DNA of 64,000 bases from an uncultured virus (IMG/VR IMGVR_UViG_3300044506_000040) (Duplodnaviria; Heunggongvirae; Uroviricota; Caudoviricetes), in the IMG/VR virus record IMGVR_UViG_3300044506_000040. One strand, written 5' to 3'. The notes beneath the pieces were generated by a model. That model searched no databases, had not been told where the DNA came from, and saw only the letters and a program-made list of their open reading frames with translations. Position 1 is the first letter of the stretch. Every line of letters begins with the position of its first letter. The position numbers and the translations under genes are program-made. Of this stretch, positions 48,730 to 57,908 are shown in pieces.

Positions 48730-49968
48730 ATGAGCAAACAACCATTTCAACAAGACTACAGCTGCATCGACAAGAATCCACGCGCAGCCGAAGTCCTGAA
48801 CGCCCTGCTCGCCTATGCGCGCTGCCCGGCAGCTCGTCGTCATCACCTGTCGGCGACTCCCAACGAGATGACCGATAAGGGATTGCTCATCCAAGCCCTT
48901 GTAGGGGCCGTGGTGAGTCTCGCGGACTCCGAAGGTGTGACGGTGACCGTCGACAACATCGTCCGTGCTGAGAAGCCGGTGACGGGTGTGTACGACATCA
49001 AGGTGGAGACCCGCTGGAAGCGCAAGATCTATCAGCACTACGCCAAGATGAAAGATCCGGAACTGCGCATGAAGACGAGCGAAGAGCTCAACGCAGAACT
49101 GGACGCCATGGCTCAGCATAGCACGGTTGCGGACCGCGCGAGCAAGGGCTACGGCAAGTGGGTCGACGTGGGTTGGATGGTCAACGGGATCGAACTCTCG
49201 AACCAGGACCAGGTCGACGAATACGTCTTCAACTCGGCTGTGCAACTCGGTCTGGAACTCTTCGCACCGAAGAACCCGCCGAAGCCGGCGATACAACCTT
49301 ATACTCGACCGCTCATCATCAACGCGCGTCCCGCGAAGATTGAACTGGGCACCAAGGATCGCTCCAGCGAAGGCGACACCATGATGGCGCCAGTGGAAGT
49401 CGTCTATGACAGCCAGATCGACGAAGCCGCAGGTGCGCCGTTGGGTGTGCTCGCTGACTTGCCGGCCGCAGTCGATGCCTGCTTGCCTGCCCTCAGCTCG
49501 CTCTCGGAAAACGAGCGTGCGCGCGCAAGCCTGAAGACGATGCTTGGCTTTGCCGAACTCATCGCCAAGATCAAGAACGGCGAAGAAGTGGACCTGTCGC
49601 TGGTTCCACCCAATGCGCTGGAAGCGATCACCAAGATCATGGAACGCGGTGGCGTGCTTTACGATCGTCTGATGGCAGACTCGCAGCGCCATTCGGCCGC
49701 GATCGGCAAAGAGATCACGGAGAACATTCGTGCGCATGGTTCGCCTTTGCCTCCGGGTGACGACACTGCTCCGATCGCCATGGGGCATCCGTACGCGCCG
49801 TATCCGCGCCGCAACAACCCGCACATCGGCAGCACCCTCGACAGCTTTCTGAAGGACGAAGGCATTCTCGAGTCGTGCACCGAAGCAGCCAAGCAGGCCA
49901 TCGCTGCTGGCGCCGCAACACCCGTCGTGATGAATAACGACGGTTCGCTGGATTACTATCCGGTCTAA
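48730..49968 (+). CDS. multi-domain hypothetical protein with C-terminal antitoxin-like peptide
   Basis: 412 aa; C-terminal NPHIGSTLDSFLKDEGILE. Confidence 0.7.
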   Translation: MSKQPFQQDYSCIDKNPRAAEVLNALLAYARCPAARRHHLSATPNEMTDKGLLIQALVGAVVSLADSEGVTVTVDNIVRAEKPVTGVYDIKVETRWKRKIYQHYAKMKDPELRMKTSEELNAELDAMAQHSTVADRASKGYGKWVDVGWMVNGIELSNQDQVDEYVFNSAVQLGLELFAPKNPPKPAIQPYTRPLIINARPAKIELGTKDRSSEGDTMMAPVEVVYDSQIDEAAGAPLGVLADLPAAVDACLPALSSLSENERARASLKTMLGFAELIAKIKNGEEVDLSLVPPNALEAITKIMERGGVLYDRLMADSQRHSAAIGKEITENIRAHGSPLPPGDDTAPIAMGHPYAPYPRRNNPHIGSTLDSFLKDEGILESCTEAAKQAIAAGAATPVVMNNDGSLDYYPV

Positions 49969-49985
49969 CAAAAGGAAAAGAAGAA

Positions 49986-51170
49986 GTGAAACGAATCGCA
50001 GCAGTGCTCGCCCTCCTCGTGTCCATGTCGGCACACGCCAGTCTCGCCGTCATCTCTGGCGGTGCCGCTAGCACCAGCATCTCGACGCTCTCGCAGCCGA
50101 GCGATCTGGTGGTGAAGATCGGTCACGTCGCGCCCCTCACGGGCGAGTCGGCCAACATGGGGAAGGACGACCAAAACGGGGCAGTCCTCGCCGTTGAAGA
50201 ACTGAACAAGAAGGCTATCATGCTCGGTGGCCAGAAGCTGGTGTTCGAACTTCACAGCGAAGACAACGCAGCCGATCCGCGCACGGCGACCAACGTCGCG
50301 CAGAAGCTCGTGGATTCGGGGGTGATCGCAGTCATCGACGGGCAACTGTCCTCGACCGCCATTCCCGATGCCCGCATCTACGCAAACGCTGGTGTGCCGC
50401 AGATCGCCAATGCCGCCTCCGATCCGCAACTCACGCGCTTGGGCTACATCAACATCTTCCGCATTGTCGGCACGGACAGCCAGCAAGGACCCGCACTGGC
50501 CGACTACGCGATCAAGGTGTTGAAGTACAAGACGTTCGCGGTGCAAGACGACCAGACGGCATACGGCCACGGCCTCGCCGAAGCCTTCGCCAAGGAAGTG
50601 AAAGCGAAGGGTGGTAAGGTCGTCTATCGTGGGGGCAACTCCAACAAGCAGGTGGACTTCAAGGCGGTGCTCACCACCATCAAGGGCAAGAACCCGGATG
50701 CGCTCTTCTACGCAGGTGAAGAAGCGACGACTGCACCGATCTTCAAGCAAGCGATTCAGTTGGGCCTGAAGTCGAAGCTCTTGACGGGTGACAGTGGTTG
50801 CGTCGATGAACTCGCGAAGTTGACGGGCACCGAGGCGACCGACCGTCTGACGTGCTCGGAGCCGGACACGGCCTTCGCACTGATTCCGAATGGTCAAGAG
50901 TTCGCCGCGAAGTACAAGGCACGCTTTCATCAGGACATCGTCGACTACGCGCCTTACTCGTACGACGCCGTCATGCTAATTGCAGATGCGATCAAGCGGG
51001 CGAATTCGATCGAGCCGAAGAAACTCCAGGCGGCACTCGAAGTCTCCGACTACCAGGGCATCACTGCCACGATGCGCTTCGACACGTATGGCGACCTGCA
51101 ACATCCGGTCGTCTCGATCTCGAAGTACATCAACGGCGTGAAGCGCCCCTTCCTCATCGTCAATCCGTAA
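49986..51170 (+). CDS. livK: branched-chain amino acid ABC transporter substrate-binding protein (LivJ/LivK-like)
   Basis: Signal peptide; VKIGHVAPLTG, ADPRTATNVAQKLVD, TDSQQGPALADYA, DDQTAYGHGLA, YAPYSYDAV. Confidence 0.88.
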   Translation: MKRIAAVLALLVSMSAHASLAVISGGAASTSISTLSQPSDLVVKIGHVAPLTGESANMGKDDQNGAVLAVEELNKKAIMLGGQKLVFELHSEDNAADPRTATNVAQKLVDSGVIAVIDGQLSSTAIPDARIYANAGVPQIANAASDPQLTRLGYINIFRIVGTDSQQGPALADYAIKVLKYKTFAVQDDQTAYGHGLAEAFAKEVKAKGGKVVYRGGNSNKQVDFKAVLTTIKGKNPDALFYAGEEATTAPIFKQAIQLGLKSKLLTGDSGCVDELAKLTGTEATDRLTCSEPDTAFALIPNGQEFAAKYKARFHQDIVDYAPYSYDAVMLIADAIKRANSIEPKKLQAALEVSDYQGITATMRFDTYGDLQHPVVSISKYINGVKRPFLIVNP

Positions 51171-51433
51171 TGACGGGCGAAGTTAAACAGAAGACGCGTG
51201 TCGACATCGAGCGCGTCCTCGAAATTCAAGCAGAGCGTGCCAAGATCGATCGGCTCGACCTCGATGAGATCGAGCTGTATCACGAAGGCAAGCCTGTTAC
51301 GATCCAGGCGGAATCCAAAGACTGGTGGAAGTTCACTGGATTAGGCAGCATCATGTTCCTGTGTTCGCTGGATCTGGACACGGGCACGATTCCACGCACT
51401 CAAGAAGACGTAGGTAACGACGAAGACGACTAA
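51170..51433 (+). CDS. hypothetical protein
   Basis: TAATG coupling; MTGEVKQKTR... Confidence 0.6.
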   Translation: MTGEVKQKTRVDIERVLEIQAERAKIDRLDLDEIELYHEGKPVTIQAESKDWWKFTGLGSIMFLCSLDLDTGTIPRTQEDVGNDEDD

Positions 51434-51434
51434 C

Positions 51435-52151
51435 ATGCTCAAACAAAAAGTAAAGACCGGATTGTTTTTCGGGGGAGTGGGAATTCTGGCCATCATCGGG
51501 GTGAGCCTGATTGTCCACTCGTGCAGCGACGACACACCGCAGCCGCAAGCGCAACTGTCGCCCGGTGCCATCCAGCAGTACAACGCCCTGCCACCGCAGC
51601 AGCAACAGCCGCCGGTGATCTACGCGCAAGCGCCGCATGAAGACCACTTCTGGCGCGACATGTATCTGTACCACGCGCTCTTCGGCAGCAACGACCGCAC
51701 GGTGGTCGTGCATCAGCCCGTCTACGTGCCCGCACCGCAGCCGCAAGTGCGGCAGAACGTGAACGTCAACAAGACGGTGCAGAACATCACGATCAACCAG
51801 ACGGTGAACAACCATGCCCCTGCTTCTAGTGTTCAGCCTGTTGCTGCTCCTGCACCTGCTGCGCCTGGCGCTAAGGTGGCTCCGAACTACGCCCAAGCTG
51901 GCACGCCTAAGGTCAGCGCCTTCCCGACTGCGGTCAACGCTCAAGTCACGGCTCCTCCGCCTCCGGCTCAGCCGAAGACCAGCTGGTGGGCCACTCCTGC
52001 CCAGACCGTGAAGCAAGCTGCCGACTACCCCAAGGCGAAAAATACTGGCGGGGACTACGGTGTGAAGAACACCGGCTACGGCGGCTATACGGCAAAGGCC
52101 TCCTACACGGCGAGAAGCAGTGGATCGACCGGGCGCAGCGGTCGTCGTTAA
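51435..52151 (+). CDS. membrane-anchored Pro/Gln-rich protein
   Basis: N-terminal TM helix then SC; FWRDMYLYHALF motif; low-complexity tail ending GRSGRR. Confidence 0.7.
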   Translation: MLKQKVKTGLFFGGVGILAIIGVSLIVHSCSDDTPQPQAQLSPGAIQQYNALPPQQQQPPVIYAQAPHEDHFWRDMYLYHALFGSNDRTVVVHQPVYVPAPQPQVRQNVNVNKTVQNITINQTVNNHAPASSVQPVAAPAPAAPGAKVAPNYAQAGTPKVSAFPTAVNAQVTAPPPPAQPKTSWWATPAQTVKQAADYPKAKNTGGDYGVKNTGYGGYTAKASYTARSSGSTGRSGRR

Positions 52152-52184
52152 GAACTACCAACCAACAAAGGACCTGGAGGTCCA

Positions 52185-52532
52185 ATGAAGATCGTCACTT
52201 ACAAACAGCTCTGTAAAGAGCCGGTGAATACGATTTTCGCCACGCTCAACAAGATGAACGAGATGGGCGAACTGTTTGTCATCAAGGAAAACGAAGATGG
52301 CTGCCAGTTGCTCTACTCACCGCTTGGGGATGCAGCGAAGACGGGGACCGAAGAAATCGAGTTCGCCAGCAACTGCTTCAATCGCAAGGATGGCGCCTTC
52401 GTCGTCTTCACGAAGGAAGAACTCGAAGCGTACGTCAGCAAGTTGATGGGCATCATTGCGCCGCAGGTGCAATCGTTCGTCGACAAGGTGGTGGACGCTG
52501 TCGCACAGAACACCGAAGCGGCGGAGGGCTGA
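52185..52532 (+). CDS. hypothetical protein
   Basis: GGAGG SD; 115 aa. Confidence 0.7.
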   Translation: MKIVTYKQLCKEPVNTIFATLNKMNEMGELFVIKENEDGCQLLYSPLGDAAKTGTEEIEFASNCFNRKDGAFVVFTKEELEAYVSKLMGIIAPQVQSFVDKVVDAVAQNTEAAEG

Positions 52533-52750
52533 TGGAGTTCCAACTCGAATACGGGGATGGTTTCATGGGTCGGAGTTACTATCTGATCCTTGACGGCAAA
52601 TGCTTTCCCCTGACCGAGCGTGCGACGCCGGGTGGACCGAAGGATGAGCAACTGGCGCGGGAAAACGCCATCTCCGTCCTGAGCCGCGAGGCGCCGCACT
52701 TCATCGAAGAGGCCAAAGTCGCCAAGTTCAAGTGGGACGGGACGATGTAA
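52532..52750 (+). CDS. hypothetical protein
   Basis: TGATG coupling; 72 aa. Confidence 0.65.
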   Translation: MEFQLEYGDGFMGRSYYLILDGKCFPLTERATPGGPKDEQLARENAISVLSREAPHFIEEAKVAKFKWDGTM

Positions 52751-53139
52751 TGAAACGCCAGTCGCCTGAAGAGATCCGCATCGATGTGATCGAAGAGTGC
52801 GCAGTGCTCGTGGAGAATTACCAGACCCTGATTCCTGGGGTCTCTCCCGATCAAGCGAAGTCTATCGCGAACTTCTTTGCCAAACACATTCGCGAGTCGA
52901 AAGTGAAAGCTGAACCAATCGGGGTACCGCCGCAAGAGCTTGCTAAAGCCGCGGCAGCCAACCTCCTGCCCACGCAGGATGTTCCGTCGGGATGCATCGG
53001 GGTGTGCTCGACGTTGTTCGATGATTTTTGCAAGGGCTGTGGTCGCGCAGCCAAGGATGTGGATAACTGGGTGTTCCTCACCCGGGAAGAAAAGATGGAA
53101 GCCGTAGCCGCAGCACAGGACCGTTTGAACAAGAAGTAA
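52750..53139 (+). CDS. protein with C-terminal DUF1289-like Cys cluster
   Basis: CIGVCST..DDFCKGCGR....V.NW. Confidence 0.7.
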   Translation: MKRQSPEEIRIDVIEECAVLVENYQTLIPGVSPDQAKSIANFFAKHIRESKVKAEPIGVPPQELAKAAAANLLPTQDVPSGCIGVCSTLFDDFCKGCGRAAKDVDNWVFLTREEKMEAVAAAQDRLNKK

Positions 53140-53175
53140 AACCAGACCAGTTAAACAACAGCAATAAAGGACAAC

Positions 53176-54549
53176 ATGGGCCATCTCGTTCTATGGTGGG
53201 TAGCATTCACCGCCTACACGAAGTCAAATCCAGTCGTCGCCGGCATCGTCTCATTGTGGGGGGTCTCAATGGTGACGTTGGTCTTCCGGAAAATCCCAGC
53301 GCGCATCTACGCCTGGATCTATGGACAGATCACTACGACGCTGGAGTTGGACAACAGCGGCATGGGGTTTTCGCAAGAGAATTACACGATGTTCATGAAT
53401 TGGTTGGTGGAGCAGAAGTACGCACGCTTCACTCGCCACTACAGTCTCATCACCTATGGTTCGGCGATTGACGACCTGTTGAAGGAAGGCAAGACCGCAA
53501 AGCTGGGAGCCGGTTCGGGGCAACACTGGTTCTTCTTCAAGCGGCGCTACTTCAAGGCGTCCCGTCGAATGCTGGAGCGACAGGGTAACGAGAACACGAT
53601 GTTCGTGATCAGCGTGACCATGTTCGGACGAGATCGTCGCATCCTGCAAGCGCTCGTTGACGAGTTCAGCTTTAAGCTTGACCAAAGCAAGATCCAGATC
53701 TATCGTTGGCGCATCCACGATCAGACCTGGTCGTCGCAGACGCACGCATTGCGCCGTGACATGGCGAGCGTCATCATCGACAAGGCCATCAAGGACAAGC
53801 TCATCGGCGACATCAAGGCGTTCTACGCCGAGAAGGAATGGTACAAGGAACGCGGTCTACCCTGGAAGAAGACGTTCATCTTCTCGGGGCCTCCGGGTAC
53901 CGGTAAGACGAGTCTGGTGCGCGCACTGGCTACGTACTTCAATATGTCGATTGCAGTTCTGGATCTGAATGCGGTGTCCGACGTCGGCCTGTCCATTGCA
54001 CTGTCCTACTTGCCGAGCAACACCTTGCTGCTGATCGAAGACTTCGACTCGTGTCCGGCCACACTCATTCGTGACGGCATGCGTTACCAGTCAACGCGCG
54101 CCGCAGTCGACGAGGCACGGGCCAACACTAACCCGTACGGTACGAAGGAAATCACGCTTTCGGGCATTCTGAATGCTTTCGATGGCGTGGTCGGGATGGA
54201 CGGACTCATCACCATCTTGACAACCAATGTGATCGAGGAGATCGATCCGGCCATCCTGCGTAAGGGTCGCACGGACCACATCTTCGAAATCGGCAAGCTG
54301 CATCACAAGGAAGTGGTCGAGTACATCGAACTGATGTTCCCGAACATTTACCTCGATAGCACGATTCGTTTCGACGACATCCTCGGTTGTGATCTGCAAG
54401 CGCTGTACTTCGATCACCACAAGGAGGCCAACGATTTCGTGAACGCCATTCCGGGTTCGCATTCCGAGCGCGTCGCCTTCCTCAAACACATCGCGACTGA
54501 ATACGAGGTCGAGGTCGAGGAAGACGAGAACGAGCGGATTGCTGCCTAA
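53176..54549 (+). CDS. BCS1-like AAA+ ATPase
   Basis: N-terminal TM; GSGQHWFFFK; F...KEWYKERGLPWK; GPPGTGKTS; LLIEDFD; ITLSGILNAFDG; DPAILRKGRTD. Confidence 0.85.
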   Translation: MGHLVLWWVAFTAYTKSNPVVAGIVSLWGVSMVTLVFRKIPARIYAWIYGQITTTLELDNSGMGFSQENYTMFMNWLVEQKYARFTRHYSLITYGSAIDDLLKEGKTAKLGAGSGQHWFFFKRRYFKASRRMLERQGNENTMFVISVTMFGRDRRILQALVDEFSFKLDQSKIQIYRWRIHDQTWSSQTHALRRDMASVIIDKAIKDKLIGDIKAFYAEKEWYKERGLPWKKTFIFSGPPGTGKTSLVRALATYFNMSIAVLDLNAVSDVGLSIALSYLPSNTLLLIEDFDSCPATLIRDGMRYQSTRAAVDEARANTNPYGTKEITLSGILNAFDGVVGMDGLITILTTNVIEEIDPAILRKGRTDHIFEIGKLHHKEVVEYIELMFPNIYLDSTIRFDDILGCDLQALYFDHHKEANDFVNAIPGSHSERVAFLKHIATEYEVEVEEDENERIAA

Positions 54550-54566
54550 CCAACAAGGAGCAGTGG

Positions 54567-54677
54567 ATGTACAAGCGTTACCGTAGTTTCCGGGTCTGTC
54601 GCTTTCAAGGTTGCACGGGCTCGGTCATGAAGAACAGTGACTATTGCTACGTGCACTTCGATCTGATGACGAAGTAG
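54567..54677 (+). CDS. 36-aa putative zinc-finger protein
   Basis: AAGGAG SD; CRFQGC...DYCYVH (C-x4-C-x10-C-x2-H). Confidence 0.5.
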   Translation: MYKRYRSFRVCRFQGCTGSVMKNSDYCYVHFDLMTK

Positions 54678-54679
54678 TC

Positions 54680-54722
54680 CCCGCCCCGGCCTCGTGCCGG
54701 GGCTGTATGCCGTCTTTTTTAT
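54680..54722 (+). terminator. hairpin + TATGCCG element
   Basis: gccccggc-ctcgt-gccggggc-tg-tatgccgtc followed by a T-run. Confidence 0.65.
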
Positions 54723-54772
54723 TTGGTCATTTTATGCTTGTCTTCTCCACAGCCATAAAAGGATCATTCATT

Positions 54773-56389
54773 ATGTCGGACGGTACCAACTCGGACGGCG
54801 TAAGCAGCGCATCCACCGCACTGGCGAGTGCCGTCAATACGGCTCTCGAGAACTTCATTGACAGCGTGATCGCGAGTGTGAACTCGGACACGATCGCCAG
54901 TGCGAATGCATCAGCTGCTGCTGCGGCTCAATCGGCGACAGCAGCTGCGGCTTCGGCCGCGACTGCCTCGCAAGCCGCCACGACGTCTTCGACCAATTCC
55001 GGTTCCTCGGGCCAAAGCGCCACGTGGGCCAGTCAATCGGCTACCGCTGCCGCAGCTTCGGCTGCTCAAGCGCAAGCATCGCAAGCCAGCGCTGCTCAAG
55101 CCTTCACGTCCACGCAAGCTGCACTCGCGGCTTTCGCTCAGACCGCTACGTCGCTCACCGCGTTCATGCACACCTACAACACCTACTTCCTGGGTGCCGG
55201 TGCCAATGATCCGACGGTGGATGGCAACGGTCAACCGGTGCAAGCCGGGGCGATGTACGAGAACACCACCAGCAACAAGCTGCGGGTGTATTCGGGTACG
55301 CAGTGGAACAACATCGACTATTCGATCGCGGCACAACTCTCGGCGGCTCAAGCCTCGGCGACTGCCGCTGCTGCCTCCGCTACGGCCGCCGGTGCTTCGG
55401 CATCCGCTGCGGCTACCTCCGCCGGTCTCTCGCAAGCCTGGGCTGCCCAGACTTCGGGGAACGTGAACGGTACGAGCTACATGTCGGCACTCCAGTATGC
55501 GCAAGCCGCTGCGGCATCTGGCACGGCAGCATCGACCAGTGCGGGTAACGCCAACACGGCGGCTACGGAAGCGGCGAACTCCGCGACGCAAGCAGCGAGC
55601 TCGGCAACGACTGCAAGCAATCAGGCAGGCAACGCCAGCAACTCGGCTGTGGCTGCATCGAACTCGGCAACTGCTGCACAAACGAGTGCAACGGGTGCAG
55701 CTTCGTCGGCTACGTCGGCCAGCACGCAAGCGAGTGCGGCTTCGGGTTCCGCTACGGCTGCCGCTACGTCGGCAACCAACGCTGCCAACTCGGCCACCGC
55801 TGCGGCGACCACCGCTGCCAACCTGAACGCCTTCGGGATGTTCTCGGGCACGATCCAGGTCAAGGCCAACACCAACCTCACGAGCCCGGGTTACGGCAAG
55901 ATCTACGAAGTGCCAATCGGCGACGCAGGTGGCTACACGGTCAACGTGCCGGCACCGGCGGCTGGCGATACGTCGAAGTGCTTGGCGTTCGTGAACCTCT
56001 CGTCGGGTGCTCTGACTCTGAATACGTCGGCGGGTGTGTTCAACACGGCCTTCGGTATCAACGTCTCGTCGATCACGCTGCCCTCGGACACCACCCTCAT
56101 CCTCCAGATGGACGGTGCGAACTTCAACGGTATCGCGGGTTCGGGTGCACTGGGTAGCGCACTGGTGCCGACCAACGCGGCTGGCCTCGGTCAGTTCGTG
56201 GCTCTCGTTCCGCAAGGTACGGGTAACGACACCTTCGTGCTGCCGGGTACGGCCTCGCAGAAGTGGGCGTACTTCGTGGCCAATGCGGGCGGTGGTCAAC
56301 AAGCGGCTGGTGTTGGTGCGGGTGGCTCGGGTGTGCTCGGTCCATTCACGGCCAACAACCCGATCGGCTTTGCATGGCGCGTGGGTTAA
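54773..56389 (+). CDS. tail fibre-like protein
   Basis: Ala/Ser/Thr-rich shaft (ASATAAA repeats), YFLGA..DPTVDGNG...GAMYENT motif, beta-rich tip. Confidence 0.75.
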   Translation: MSDGTNSDGVSSASTALASAVNTALENFIDSVIASVNSDTIASANASAAAAAQSATAAAASAATASQAATTSSTNSGSSGQSATWASQSATAAAASAAQAQASQASAAQAFTSTQAALAAFAQTATSLTAFMHTYNTYFLGAGANDPTVDGNGQPVQAGAMYENTTSNKLRVYSGTQWNNIDYSIAAQLSAAQASATAAAASATAAGASASAAATSAGLSQAWAAQTSGNVNGTSYMSALQYAQAAAASGTAASTSAGNANTAATEAANSATQAASSATTASNQAGNASNSAVAASNSATAAQTSATGAASSATSASTQASAASGSATAAATSATNAANSATAAATTAANLNAFGMFSGTIQVKANTNLTSPGYGKIYEVPIGDAGGYTVNVPAPAAGDTSKCLAFVNLSSGALTLNTSAGVFNTAFGINVSSITLPSDTTLILQMDGANFNGIAGSGALGSALVPTNAAGLGQFVALVPQGTGNDTFVLPGTASQKWAYFVANAGGGQQAAGVGAGGSGVLGPFTANNPIGFAWRVG

Positions 56390-56405
56390 GCGACTCTCTT
56401 TTCGC

Positions 56406-56432
56406 GACGGGGGACTTCGGTCTCCCGTTTTA
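56406..56432 (+). terminator. rho-independent terminator
   Basis: acggggga-cttcgg-tctcccgt-ttt. Confidence 0.65.
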
Positions 56433-56449
56433 TTTCGTGAGGAATCAAG

Positions 56450-57715
56450 ATGTCTTCTGATGGTCTCGCCTCAGGCATTGCCGCAACCAACGGCGCGGAT
56501 CTGGCTGCGGATCTGTTAGCTGCGGCTCACGATGCTGCCTGGGCACAAACGAATGCTGAATCGGCTACTGCCAGCGCGGAAGCGGCGGTGGTCTCGGCCA
56601 ATGCAGCACAAACCAGTGCGACGGCTGCGCAAACGAGCGCGGCTGCGGCACAAACGTCGTTGACGGATGCACAAGCAGTCGAGGCACAAATTGCGACTCA
56701 AGAGACAGCAGTCAATGCTTCGCAAACGTCAGCAGCTGCGTCTGCTACGAGCGCTACCGCCAGTGCGACGGCGGCTGCTGCATCGAGTACTAACGCATCG
56801 AACAAGGCTACTGCGGCTGCCACGAGCGCAACAAACGCAAGTGCGAGCGCTACGGCTGCTGCTGCGTCAGCTACCAATGCCGCCTCGTCCGCTACCTCGG
56901 CCGCTGTCCAGGTTACCAATGCCAGCGGTTACGCCGACAACGCCGCAGCCTCTGCTACGGCAGCTGCTGGTTCTGCTACAGATGCCGCTGCTTCTGCCAC
57001 TCAAGCTGCTTCAACTCTGTCTCAGCTGAGCAACCAAGAAGCGATGGCGCAAACGGCAGCCACCAATGCTTCGCAGTCCGCAGCGCTTGCGGCCAATGCG
57101 TCGCAAGGTGCCTCGCTCTCGGATCAAGATGCGCAGGCTCAAGCCAGTGCCGCGGCCAACAGTGCGGCCAGTGCGAATACGGCTGCAACCCAGTCGAACA
57201 CGCAAGCGGCCAACGCTCAGACGCAAGCCCAAGCAGCATCGGCTTCTGCTGCTCAGGCAGCTACGTCGGCGACGAGTGCGGCGAACTCCGCCACGGGCGC
57301 TGCGGCTTCCGCGGCCAATGCTTCTGCCGCAGCGGCCATTGCGCAGGGTGGCGTGAATGCCAAGCAGTATAACGCCTCGAACCTGATGCTGACCGCTACC
57401 AACGGAATCTCGGTTGGTGCTCAAGTGGCTTCTGGTCTCACCACGTCACAAGGGATTCTGGGCCTGATGATGACGGCGCAGAACGTGGATTCGGCACAAA
57501 CGCAGAACTACCAGATCACCATTCGTGATGGCGGTGCTGCGGGTACGATCCTGTACCAGTCGCCTGTGATCACTGCAATCAACTGGCAAACGGTGGTGCC
57601 CTTCTTCATCCAACCGCTCACGAGTGGCAACCTGTACATCCAGGTCACCAATCAAGCGGCGCTGGTGTCGAAGATCAACATCCTGCTGGTCGGTCTGCTT
57701 ATTGCGAACGCATAA
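56450..57715 (+). CDS. tail fibre-like protein
   Basis: Long Ala/Ser/Thr coiled-coil shaft and about 110-aa C-terminal beta domain. Confidence 0.75.
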   Translation: MSSDGLASGIAATNGADLAADLLAAAHDAAWAQTNAESATASAEAAVVSANAAQTSATAAQTSAAAAQTSLTDAQAVEAQIATQETAVNASQTSAAASATSATASATAAAASSTNASNKATAAATSATNASASATAAAASATNAASSATSAAVQVTNASGYADNAAASATAAAGSATDAAASATQAASTLSQLSNQEAMAQTAATNASQSAALAANASQGASLSDQDAQAQASAAANSAASANTAATQSNTQAANAQTQAQAASASAAQAATSATSAANSATGAAASAANASAAAAIAQGGVNAKQYNASNLMLTATNGISVGAQVASGLTTSQGILGLMMTAQNVDSAQTQNYQITIRDGGAAGTILYQSPVITAINWQTVVPFFIQPLTSGNLYIQVTNQAALVSKINILLVGLLIANA

Positions 57716-57749
57716 AGCGAGGGAGGCTTCGGCCTCCCGTTTATGCCGG
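57709..57749. terminator. hairpin with GCATA/TATGC flanks
   Basis: gcataaa-gcga-gggagg-cttcgg-cctccc-g-tttatgc. Confidence 0.65.
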
Positions 57750-57908
57750 CATTTTATGTCCTTCCCCAACTAGGAATCGCCATGCCCTCTATGTCGTCTT
57801 TCGCGTGCCTGATGAAACTCATCCAGGACTCTTACCGCAAGAGACTCCAAAGACGGGAACCCCAGCGTGCGGTATTGCTGAGCCCTCGCCAACAGTAAGG
57901 AAAGAGTT

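Noticed and set aside
57782..57898. 38-aa ORF between fibre genes
   Set aside because: Has a weak SD but no recognisable motif or codon bias; not enough support
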